Positions 1 through 7,997 of a stretch of 50,568 bases of DNA are shown in pieces. The position numbers and the translations under genes were made by a program. The stretch comes from Candidatus Kapaibacterium sp. Its GTDB lineage: Bacteria; Bacteroidota; Ignavibacteria; Palsa-1295. Under the pieces are notes generated by a model that ran no database searches, had not been told where the DNA came from, and worked only from the letters and a program-made list of their open reading frames with translations. The stretch is taken from contig JADGPZ010000005.1 in assembly GCA_017882165.1 (NCBI GenBank), positions 1-50,568 on the forward strand, written 5' to 3'. How positions within the stretch are numbered: the stretch's first letter is position 1; the number at the start of each line of letters is the position of its first letter.

Positions 1-1
1 C

Positions 2-463
2 GCGGTCAGGTCCGGGTTCGCCCCGGAAGGCCGTCGGCAAACTCGTGAAATTCCGTGTCCCGAATCCGATCGTCACGCCATCGAAGGAGTTGTCCGCAAA
101 TTGAAGCGCTTCGACATCGCCGCGCTCTGCCGTTACCGCAAGCCGGAGGGTCTTCGCTTTTTTCCGAAGCAGCACGAGCATCGGCTCGGTCAGATCCGTC
201 GCGGTAACTTTTGCATCTGGCATTTGCCGCAGCGATTCGAACGCAAGATCTCCGGTACCGCAGGCGATGTCGAGGATCGCAGGATTGTCTTTGGCACTCA
301 TGCGATCGCGCAAGACTTCAATCGCTCGCTTCCGCCAGGCGCGATCGAAACCTGCCGAAAGTAAGTGGTTGAAGAAATCGTATCGCCCTGCGATGCGCGA
401 GAACATCCGCTCGACGTAGCGCTTCTTATCTTCTGGCGAGGCGAAGGAGAATTCTTCCGGCAT
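2..463 (-). CDS. ubiE: UbiE/MenG-family C-methyltransferase (N-terminal part; runs off the window edge)
   Basis: Not in the ORF track. Manual minus-strand translation from ATG at 463 gives MPEEFSFASPEDKKRYVERMFSRIAGRYDFFNHLLSAGFDRAWRK...ILDIACGTGDLA...GDVEALQFADNSFDGVTIGFGTRNF, with the UbiE N-terminal and SAM-binding motifs. Confidence 0.85.
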   Translation of the reverse strand, partial: MPEEFSFASPEDKKRYVERMFSRIAGRYDFFNHLLSAGFDRAWRKRAIEVLRDRMSAKDNPAILDIACGTGDLAFESLRQMPDAKVTATDLTEPMLVLLRKKAKTLRLAVTAERGDVEALQFADNSFDGVTIGFGTRNFTSLPTAFRGEPGPDR

Positions 464-579
464 AGATGCACCCAACATTCCTCCTTCCTAATTCCTCATT
501 CCTAATTTTGAGCCCCTCCCGCCGCAAACTATATTTTGCCGAGCGGTGTAGTATTCATTTGTCTCTCGAACTGAGCACG

Positions 580-2334
580 ATGTCAGACGTATTCCTATCC
601 TACGCAAAAGCGGATCGTCCTCACGCCATGGAACTGGCGGAGGAACTCCGCACGCATGGATATTCCGTTTGGATCGATCAGGGCTCGATCGGCGGCGCGC
701 AGAATTGGTCCGTCGAGATCGTTGAGGCCATCAATGCCTGCTCGACGCTGCTTGTTTTGATTTCGCCGAGTTCAGCCGCATCGCACAACGTCGCAAAAGA
801 AGTGCAACTCGCTTCCGAAAAACGGAAGAACCTGCTGCCCGTCGTGCTCGAGAGAATTCAACTGCCGGCGATGCTGGAGTATCCGCTCGCCGGACTGCAA
901 CGAGTCTATTTCCAGGACCGGCCCTCGGTTCTGGGTGCCCTCGAACGGCTGTATGGCCGGGGTGACTCGAGTGCCACTCCGGCGCCGGCTTCCAGTCTCC
1001 AAATCAGCGATGGCACACTGCGCATTGCCGTGCTCCCGTTTGACGATCTCTCGCCACAGCACGACAATCAGTGGTTCGCCGATGGGATGATGGACGAGCT
1101 AATCGGCACGCTCGGCCATCTCGATCGCGTGAAGGTCCCCGGACGCTCGGACGTGCTGCATTACCGCGAGCATCACATGTCGAGCCGGGACATTGCCCGC
1201 GAGCTGGGCGTTCGGTATCTGATCGAAGGCGGCGTTCGTAAGGCCGGCGAGCACATCCGCATCAATGCCGCGCTCATCGACACACACAATCACGAGCGGC
1301 TGTGGTCCAACCAGTTCGATGGGTCGTTCGACGATGTCTTCGCCTTTCAGGAGTCGGTCGCGCGGCACATTACGGAAGCATTGAAGCTGAAGCTCACCCC
1401 CAAAGAAGAGGAGGCAATCGAGACCCGCCCCACACAAAACGTGGAAGCATACGAACTCTATCTCAAAGGTCGGCACGAACAATACTATCTCACGAAAGAA
1501 AGTTACGAGCGCGCATTGGCGCTCTACGAGCAAGCCGCCACGCTCGATCCGAGTTACATGCAAGCGCAGATCGGTATTGCGTCGGTATGCTGCGCTTATT
1601 ACCGCGAATACTCGCGTAGTCCAAAGTGGCTTGAGCACGCCGGAGCAAGTCTTGCGAAAGCGGAAGCGATTGGGGGGGAGACTTCAAAATCGCTATACAT
1701 TCGTGGTATGATCGAGTGGCTGCGCGGAGATAACGAAACAGCTATCGAGACCCTGACTCGCTCTGCCGAACTCGACCCCAAGAGCCACAATGCGTTCAAT
1801 GTGCTGGGAGCAATTTATTTAGCAAACGGTCAATGGCCTGAGGCGATAGAAGCGTTTCAACGAGTGGTGGATGTTGCGGAAAGCACACAATCATACTTTA
1901 ATCTTCTCAGCACTCTCGGAACGGATTTACACCGTGAGAGGCTAAAGAAGACTGCCCAGAAGGCACTACCACTCTTTGATCGTCATCTTAAGATAGAACC
2001 AGAGGACCGAAGCGCTGCCGTCTCAAGGGCATTTGTCCTGCTGTGGGCCGGAAATGAGGCAGAAGCAAGATCTGTTGCTGATCGTCTTTCTTCAATGGAT
2101 GATCTCGGAGGATACGCGCTCTATAATCTTGGGTGTCTCTATGATAATCTGGGAAAACCCGATCTTTACATCGCGATGTTGCGCAAAGCAATATCGAGAG
2201 GATACCGCGAGATCGAACGAACTCGGAACTACCTTTTCAGTACAAAAGCCGCCATCTACGAAGAAGAACTGCAAGGTATTATCGTAGAACTTGAAGAGTT
2301 GAGTGAAAAAGAAAGAACCACATCCCCTGAATAG
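580..2334 (+). CDS. TIR domain + TolB-like/FlgO-like domain + TPR repeat protein
   Basis: Start placed at MSDVFLSY (ATG 580). TIR motifs DVFLSYA, VWID, SHNVAKEV; IAVLPFDDLS...WFADGMMDELI TolB-like motif; EAYELYLKGR followed by TPR-like helices. Confidence 0.85.
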   Translation: MSDVFLSYAKADRPHAMELAEELRTHGYSVWIDQGSIGGAQNWSVEIVEAINACSTLLVLISPSSAASHNVAKEVQLASEKRKNLLPVVLERIQLPAMLEYPLAGLQRVYFQDRPSVLGALERLYGRGDSSATPAPASSLQISDGTLRIAVLPFDDLSPQHDNQWFADGMMDELIGTLGHLDRVKVPGRSDVLHYREHHMSSRDIARELGVRYLIEGGVRKAGEHIRINAALIDTHNHERLWSNQFDGSFDDVFAFQESVARHITEALKLKLTPKEEEAIETRPTQNVEAYELYLKGRHEQYYLTKESYERALALYEQAATLDPSYMQAQIGIASVCCAYYREYSRSPKWLEHAGASLAKAEAIGGETSKSLYIRGMIEWLRGDNETAIETLTRSAELDPKSHNAFNVLGAIYLANGQWPEAIEAFQRVVDVAESTQSYFNLLSTLGTDLHRERLKKTAQKALPLFDRHLKIEPEDRSAAVSRAFVLLWAGNEAEARSVADRLSSMDDLGGYALYNLGCLYDNLGKPDLYIAMLRKAISRGYREIERTRNYLFSTKAAIYEEELQGIIVELEELSEKERTTSPE

Positions 2335-2346
2335 GATGTGGCTCTT
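2313..2346 (-). terminator. Hairpin, probable terminator of lipoprotein copy A (overlaps the TIR gene end)
   Basis: agaaccacatcc-N8-ggatgtggctct stem between convergent genes; same ccacatcc/ggatgtgg core as the hairpin at 3073-3112. Confidence 0.55.
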
Positions 2347-2369
2347 GTTACCTTTCCAGGACTCACGAC

Positions 2370-2867
2370 TTAATGTTGTTCCTGCACAGTGATAACAACA
2401 CTATTAGTGTTTGCCGCATCATTGTAATTCACAACCATCACTCCGTTGTTTGTCTTAGCGGGGGGAATGGCATTAAACCCCGTGTATGCAGCACCGGTTG
2501 GGGTTATCAATAAATAATTCGGCGTAACCGGAACCAGTACCACCTGACATTTTACGTTTCCTGCCATTAGAGGCGTCATCGGCTGTGGATTCCCCGCCTG
2601 ATCGATGATTGTGACTTGCTGCCCCGCTGCATCTGCAGGGAACACGACAGTAACGATGGCATTGTGTTGCGGTAGGCCTGCTCGTGTGTAAAGCTTTATT
2701 GGGCCTCCTACTGCGGAGGGCGGCTCAATGCTTGTTGTGGGTGCACCCGGAACCGCTTGCATCGTATCCAGCGTGGTGTGTGTACCGCCCTTCTTATCAC
2801 AACCGGAGGTGCCACAGCCACCAAGTATTGCAACCAACAAAATTAATGGAATCAGACTCTTCTTCAT
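2370..2867 (-). CDS. Hypothetical lipoprotein, paralogue A
   Basis: MKKSLIPLILLVAILGGC lipobox signal; beta-rich Pro/Thr body; alignable with 3132-3623 (PTTSI.PPS.VGG.IKL, PNY..ITP.GA.Y..FNA.PP, NSV.ITVQE). Confidence 0.75.
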   Translation of the reverse strand: MKKSLIPLILLVAILGGCGTSGCDKKGGTHTTLDTMQAVPGAPTTSIEPPSAVGGPIKLYTRAGLPQHNAIVTVVFPADAAGQQVTIIDQAGNPQPMTPLMAGNVKCQVVLVPVTPNYLLITPTGAAYTGFNAIPPAKTNNGVMVVNYNDAANTNSVVITVQEQH

Positions 2868-2960
2868 GTTCGGACTTGTCAAAAAGTGATGAAAACCTCA
2901 TTTCTTAGGATGAGTAGCTAATGCCCTCAATTCAATGCGCTCCAAAAATACTACAAAAAT
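2848..2960. repeat. Duplicated promoter/leader, copy 1 (copy 2 at 3604-3715)
   Basis: Near-identical sequence from ggaatcagactcttcttcatgtt through ctccaaaaatactacaaaaat in both copies; contains a TAnnTTTG motif on the minus strand. Confidence 0.85.
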
Positions 2961-3066
2961 CGGGGCCGTGTTTCAAAAAGCTCCTTACCCACACTCCAAA
3001 AGCTCGATCAGGCCGATGACGAAGATGCTGGCACCGAGGTTGGTCGGAGGGTCTGAAGCGCGGATC

Positions 3067-3112
3067 AAAAAACGAGCGAACCACATCCGATCGATCGGAT
3101 GTGGTTCGCTCG
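3067..3112 (-). terminator. Rho-independent terminator of lipoprotein copy B
   Basis: Perfect 40-bp palindrome cgagcgaaccacatccgatc|gatcggatgtggttcgctcg (3073-3112) followed by a T6 run on the minus strand. Confidence 0.8.
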
Positions 3113-3131
3113 ATGCGTTCTTAATCGCATG

Positions 3132-3623
3132 CTACTGCTTAGGAGGAATGATCTCTTGAACTGTAATAGTCACGCTGTTTGCGCCCGTAGCGTCGGTTTG
3201 AGTCACCACCATATTGCCGGTTCCGCTCGGGGTTGGCGGAGTTGCATTAAAGTTGGCGTAGGTTGCGCCCGCAGGAGTGATTGAGATGTAATTCGGACTC
3301 CAAGGCACTAACGTCACCGTGCAGGAAGGGCTGGCCGCACTCAGCGTTGCAATGAGGGTAGCAGCTTGATCTTGGACGGTTACCGTCTGATTTGCTGCAT
3401 TTGCCGGAAAAGCTGCGGTTATAGTAGCGCCGTGTTGCGGTTGCCCTGTTGGAGTGAACAGCTTAATCGCACCTCCGACGACGCTCGGTGGTTGAATGCT
3501 GGTGGTGGGTGTGCCTGGAACCGGTGCGAGCGAGTCAGCAGGCTTGTCTTCTCCTGATTTCGGCTTTCCGCAACCGACTAATGCAATAACGACCAAAAGA
3601 ATGGGAATCAGACTCTTCTTCAT
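3132..3623 (-). CDS. Hypothetical lipoprotein, paralogue B
   Basis: MKKSLIPILLVVIALVGC lipobox; paralogous to 2370-2867. Confidence 0.75.
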   Translation of the reverse strand: MKKSLIPILLVVIALVGCGKPKSGEDKPADSLAPVPGTPTTSIQPPSVVGGAIKLFTPTGQPQHGATITAAFPANAANQTVTVQDQAATLIATLSAASPSCTVTLVPWSPNYISITPAGATYANFNATPPTPSGTGNMVVTQTDATGANSVTITVQEIIPPKQ

Positions 3624-3715
3624 GTTTGGACTTGTTGAAAATGATGAGAACCTCATTTTTTAGGATGAGTAGTTAGTACCCTCAATTCAATACACTCCAA
3701 AAATACTACAAAAAT
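3604..3715. repeat. Duplicated promoter/leader, copy 2
   Basis: Matches 2848-2960 by eye with scattered substitutions. Confidence 0.85.
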
Positions 3716-3801
3716 ATCGCCCGCGTTTGAAATCCGGCTTACTCCTCCTTCAAACGCACGATCAAATTGCTGAAGACAGCGGCCGACGGGATATATCGAA
3801 G

Positions 3802-3832
3802 AAAAAGCCCCTCTCCGTATTGGAGAGGGGCT
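3802..3832 (-). terminator. Rho-independent terminator of the Spy-like gene
   Basis: agcccctctcc-gtatt-ggagaggggct stem with a T5 tail on the minus strand. Confidence 0.8.
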
Positions 3833-3855
3833 GGCAACAAAGGTGCAGTGGATGA

Positions 3856-4302
3856 CTATTTTTTGAGCATCTTCTTTTGGTGTTCGAGGCGGTGCTCCTG
3901 GCGGTCGATCTGCTCGAGGCGCATCTCCTTGAACTTCTTGAGTTGCTCTGCCGTGAGCACGTCCTTAAGCTGGCCGCGCAGGGCTTTCTTGTCGGCCATG
4001 GCTTGCTGTCGTGCTGCCTTTCGCTCGGGGCTTCCTTCCGCGGCGGCATGGGCGGCCTGGCGATCGGCGCGAATCTTGGCCATGTTCTGCGCGAGGATTA
4101 CCTTGAGCTTGGCAACTTGATCGTCGGTAAGTCCGAGCACTTTTTGCTCGTGGGCGAGCCGTTTTTCGATCCGCTGCTCGGGTGTGAGCATCGCGCCATT
4201 GGCGGCACCATTATCGGGCGGCGGCGTTTGGGCCTGAGCAATAGATCCGGTCGTAAGAGCCATCGCGAATGCGATCGGGAGTAGAAATGTTTTCAGTGTC
4301 AT
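3856..4302 (-). CDS. Spy/CpxP (LTXXQ-motif) periplasmic chaperone-like protein
   Basis: Signal peptide; LTPEQ, LTDDQ and LTAEQ motifs; basic helical body. Confidence 0.75.
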   Translation of the reverse strand: MTLKTFLLPIAFAMALTTGSIAQAQTPPPDNGAANGAMLTPEQRIEKRLAHEQKVLGLTDDQVAKLKVILAQNMAKIRADRQAAHAAAEGSPERKAARQQAMADKKALRGQLKDVLTAEQLKKFKEMRLEQIDRQEHRLEHQKKMLKK

Positions 4303-4404
4303 GGTGAGTCTCCTATGGTTTAGTATGCCATATAGAGGAGTCTGGAGGCGGAAAGTTTAAGCAGCGTTCTTTGAATAATGATTCATTCGGGAGCCGTGGC
4401 CCCT

Positions 4405-4440
4405 CCCTTCGGCTACGAGCTACCCTTCGGCTACGAGCTA
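4405..4440. repeat. 18-bp perfect tandem duplication
   Basis: cccttcggctacgagcta x2, overlapping the kinase stop codon. Confidence 0.8.
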
Positions 4441-6051
4441 CGCGCCGGCGCCGATTTTGGCTACAACGGGGAAGCGGATCGTGACCAAGGTGCCTACGCC
4501 CGGTTCGCTGGAAAGATCGATCGTGCCATTAATCTGCCGGATATAACTGCGCGCGATGGGAAGACCGAGGCCGGTGCCTTCATAGGAGCGGTTGAACCCG
4601 CTCGACTCTTGCTTGAATTTCTCGAACGCGGTCCGTACAAATTCCGGTGACATGCCAATACCGGTATCGCGGACGCGGATGACCGCCTGCTGGATGTTCG
4701 AGATGCCATCTTCCAGCGCTAACTCGATGCGGATCTCTCCTTCCTCGGTGAATTTCAGCGCGTTGTGCAGGATCTTTTCGAAGGCTTTACGGAAACGGTT
4801 TTTTTCGATGAGCACGATGAGGTCGCGCCGGGGAATGTCCACGTGAAACTCGATACCACGTTCCTCAACGAGCGGCTTGAATGCCAGCGATTCGGCCTCG
4901 AGCACTTCGGCGATGGGCATTGGGTAAAGCTCCATTTCACCGACACCGGATTCAAGCTGCGCGATCTCGATGATGGAGGTGACGGTTGCGAGCAGCCGCT
5001 GTCCGCTCCGCTCGATGGAAAGCGCATACTCGCGCAACGCCTTGTCCTTGATCTCCTCGGCAAGGAGCGAGCTGAAGCCGAGAATCGAGTGGAGTGGCGT
5101 GCGCAGTTCGTGACTGAAGTTCGAGAGAATATTCGACTTGATATGGCTGATCTCTTCGGCTTCGAGTCGCGCCTCGATCAGCGCCTGTTCGGTGTGGCGG
5201 CGCTCGCTGATGTCGCGCAGGAATACGATCACCGCTGGTTCTTCGTCGAGCTCGATCCAACTGAATCCGGCCGAGACCGGGACGCGGTGGCCGAGCTCAT
5301 GCACAATTTCGATCTCGATCGAATCGTGGACGGTCTCATGACGCAGAAATTGCTCCCAGATCTTGAGTATACGAGGCTGCTCGTCGGGAGGGATGAATTG
5401 GGTGATCGGTAGGCCGAGGACTTCCTCTGCATTGCGCCCGCAAATGGCCAGCGCGGCACTGTTCATTGAAAGGATCACCGGAGCGCCGGCGCGGTTCACG
5501 ATAATCGCAAGGCCAATGCCGGAGACATCGGCGGCTTCGACGATCGCCTTGTAGCGCGCCTGCGCGGAGTGGCGCTGCGTAATATCCACCATGACGCCGA
5601 TCATCCCCTGGGTGCCACTCGGGTAATCAACGGCGACGATCTGATCTTCCAGCCATAGGTATTGACCCGATCGCTTCCGGACGCGGAACTGAGCAGTGAA
5701 AACACCCTGCCGGCCATCTACTTCCCAGGCGGCAAGCCGCTCCTCCAATGCGGCATTATCGGTCGGATGAATCAGGGCGGGAAATCGGCCGTGGGTTGCC
5801 GTCAAGTCGTCCGCGTCGTAGCCGAGGAGTTGCTTGATGTTTCGCGAGATATACTCGCGGCCGCCGCCGGTCTCGTAAAGGATCACATAGGGCAGTTGAT
5901 CGAGCAATGCTTCGAGCCGTCGCTCCGCAGGGGACTGCTCCGGCTTTGTTTCCAGGGCGTTTCGCTTCCCGGCCGTTTCAGGCGTGCTCTGCCCGGACTC
6001 GTCGCTCACGAGCGGCGAGAAAGATCCTTCAGCGTTCGGAAGTTTATCCAT
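4438..6051 (-). CDS. PAS-PAS sensor histidine kinase (no adjacent response regulator)
   Basis: Two PAS/PAC domains; H-box SHELRTPL; N-box ILHNALKFT; G1 DTGIGM; G2 GTGLGL. Confidence 0.92.
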   Translation of the reverse strand: MDKLPNAEGSFSPLVSDESGQSTPETAGKRNALETKPEQSPAERRLEALLDQLPYVILYETGGGREYISRNIKQLLGYDADDLTATHGRFPALIHPTDNAALEERLAAWEVDGRQGVFTAQFRVRKRSGQYLWLEDQIVAVDYPSGTQGMIGVMVDITQRHSAQARYKAIVEAADVSGIGLAIIVNRAGAPVILSMNSAALAICGRNAEEVLGLPITQFIPPDEQPRILKIWEQFLRHETVHDSIEIEIVHELGHRVPVSAGFSWIELDEEPAVIVFLRDISERRHTEQALIEARLEAEEISHIKSNILSNFSHELRTPLHSILGFSSLLAEEIKDKALREYALSIERSGQRLLATVTSIIEIAQLESGVGEMELYPMPIAEVLEAESLAFKPLVEERGIEFHVDIPRRDLIVLIEKNRFRKAFEKILHNALKFTEEGEIRIELALEDGISNIQQAVIRVRDTGIGMSPEFVRTAFEKFKQESSGFNRSYEGTGLGLPIARSYIRQINGTIDLSSEPGVGTLVTIRFPVVAKIGAGA

Positions 6052-6105
6052 GAAAGCGCGATCTCAAAATCAAACGACAACGATGCAATTATCTTTTATC
6101 CTGCA

Positions 6106-6786
6106 TCATTCCTTCATCATTGCGGCGTCTTTGCCTGCGGCTTCGCCGGCGGCGGCGAGACGCCTCGCGCGGCCGCGGGCACGAAGCCACTCGATGACAG
6201 GTGGTAGCACCGAGAGCACGATCACAATGCCAATGACAAGATAGAGATAATCGCCGATATTGCTGACCGTCCGGCCAAGCCAAAGGCCAAGCAAGAGGCC
6301 CGCAAAGATCCACACGATGCCGCCAATAACATTGAACAGCATGAACCGGCGATAACTCATTTTCGCCGCACCGGCCACGACCGGTACAAACGTCCTGACG
6401 ATCGGAATGAAGCGCGCGAAGACGATTGTCTTGCCACCGTGCTTTTCGTAAAACGCGTGGGTGCGCATGAGGTGCTCGCGTTTGAAGAATCGAGAGGCGG
6501 GGCGGTTATACAGCTTCTCTCCAGCCTTCTTGCCGATGAGATAGCCAACGCTTTCGCCGACGATCGCGGATGCGACGAGAATCAGCGCAAGCAGCGTGAA
6601 ATCGAGCGTGACCGCGCCGGAGCCGATCAGAATGCCGGCTGTAATTAGCAACGAATCGCCCGGCAGGAAGAACCCGGCCAGCAAGCCGTTCTCGGCAAAG
6701 ATAATCACCGCAAGCGCGATGTATCCGCCTTCGATGACGAGGTGCTTGAGTCCCTCGGGATTGAATAGATCGTGAAAAAAGCTCAT
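6106..6786 (-). CDS. dedA: DedA/VTT-family membrane protein
   Basis: FAENGLLAGFFLPGDSLL and ARFIPIVRTFVPVVAG motifs. Confidence 0.9.
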   Translation of the reverse strand: MSFFHDLFNPEGLKHLVIEGGYIALAVIIFAENGLLAGFFLPGDSLLITAGILIGSGAVTLDFTLLALILVASAIVGESVGYLIGKKAGEKLYNRPASRFFKREHLMRTHAFYEKHGGKTIVFARFIPIVRTFVPVVAGAAKMSYRRFMLFNVIGGIVWIFAGLLLGLWLGRTVSNIGDYLYLVIGIVIVLSVLPPVIEWLRARGRARRLAAAGEAAGKDAAMMKE

Positions 6787-6873
6787 GTGGATGCTTAAAC
6801 CCTAAACCGTATCTTGTTTGTTACAAAAAAGAGTCTATTCGCTTTTTCGCCATAGCCCAATACCGTCGTCGTT

Positions 6874-7782
6874 ATGCGCCTGTACACACTTTGCCTGATT
6901 CTTGGCCTCGCCTCACTTGCGTCATCTGCGCGTGCGCAGGATACGACAGCTGCACCCGTGACCCGCACGACCACCCACTCAATTTCGATCTCTGTCGGCG
7001 TTACGATCCAGAGCGACAGCAGATCGGGCGACGAGGCCTTCTCGGCTGATATTCTGACAGGCTTGCAGGCCAAAATTTTCATGGATGGCGAGCCGTTCCA
7101 AATCGGCGCCAGCATCTATGCGAAGTATGGGCAGCTTGCGACCACCACCGCCGAGCCGCAGAAAACGCAGGACGATCTCATCGTAAGCATCACGCCATCC
7201 TACACGGTTTTTCCCGTGGCGGGTATTCGGCTGTTCCTCGAAGTGACTGGCGAGACGCAATTCCGGCCCGGTGTTGTCGATAGCACGCCGACGAATTTTC
7301 TCGATCCGCTTTTTCTCTATCAATCGCTCTTTCTTGGCAAGCGACTCTCATCGCAATCGGATGATGGCACGAGCACGTTCGATCTCACGGCTGGCGTTGG
7401 CTACGCGTTGGAGCAGACGCTGGCGAACAGCTTCGTGCTTCAGCATAACCGAAATTTCGTTGTCACAACTCAAAGTCCGCTTTCGAGCGTGCAGGAGCAG
7501 GTGACGTTCGAGTCCGGCGTCGCGGCGATTCTGGACATCAATTATCAGAAGGCGCTCGGCGATGGATTCTCATTTCATACTGGCTGGAAATCGGTCGCAC
7601 TCAAGAAGCAGGAATTCCTGAGCAATTTCGATAACGCCCGCGTGACTTCACTGCTGCTCACCGGCCTGCAATACAAGATCGTGAGCCTCGAATATTCCGG
7701 CCACCTCGTCTATGACCCCAACATCTCGCTCCGCCGGACGCTCAGCCAATCGCTGGTCTTTGGGCTGACGCTGAATTTGTAA
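6874..7782 (+). CDS. Probable outer-membrane beta-barrel protein (DUF3078/DUF481-like)
   Basis: Signal peptide; alternating amphipathic strands; KTQDDL..S and FLDPLFLYQS..LG motifs; ends FGLTLNL. Confidence 0.55.
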   Translation: MRLYTLCLILGLASLASSARAQDTTAAPVTRTTTHSISISVGVTIQSDSRSGDEAFSADILTGLQAKIFMDGEPFQIGASIYAKYGQLATTTAEPQKTQDDLIVSITPSYTVFPVAGIRLFLEVTGETQFRPGVVDSTPTNFLDPLFLYQSLFLGKRLSSQSDDGTSTFDLTAGVGYALEQTLANSFVLQHNRNFVVTTQSPLSSVQEQVTFESGVAAILDINYQKALGDGFSFHTGWKSVALKKQEFLSNFDNARVTSLLLTGLQYKIVSLEYSGHLVYDPNISLRRTLSQSLVFGLTLNL

Positions 7783-7795
7783 GCGATCCCTACTC

Positions 7796-7937
7796 TGTCA
7801 TCCTGAGCGGAGCAAATCGGAGTGAAGGGGCATGGCCGATCATGGGCGGAAGAATTGCGCAGTCGAAGGATCTCTGGACTTCGTGCAAGGGATCCTTCGA
7901 CTCCGTTCGGCTCCGCCGAACTCCGCTCAGGGTGACA
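7796..7937. repeat. REP/MITE-like palindromic element (TGTCATCCTGAG family)
   Basis: Terminal IR tgtcatcctgagcggag...ctccgctcagggtgaca and inner IR gtcgaaggatc...gatccttcgac. Confidence 0.8.
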
Positions 7938-7952
7938 ACGTGATTCGATTTC

Positions 7953-7984
7953 CCCTATACCCTAAACCCTATACCCCATACCCT
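7953..7984. repeat. Heptamer tandem repeat (CCCTAWA)
   Basis: ccctata-ccctaaa-ccctata-ccccata-ccct; related copies at 6796-6808 and 9887-9942. Confidence 0.75.
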
Positions 7985-7997
7985 CTGTTAGTGTGAG

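Noticed and set aside
1-25. Apparent divergence of the UbiE sequence at the window edge (AFRGEPGPDR)
   Set aside because: Too short to interpret; it could be a contig-end artefact or a junction, and it cannot be judged without flanking sequence
4438-6051. Orphan histidine kinase as a partner of the island receiver protein
   Set aside because: It is an ordinary backbone PAS kinase more than 40 kb away, and the island encodes its own coupled kinase
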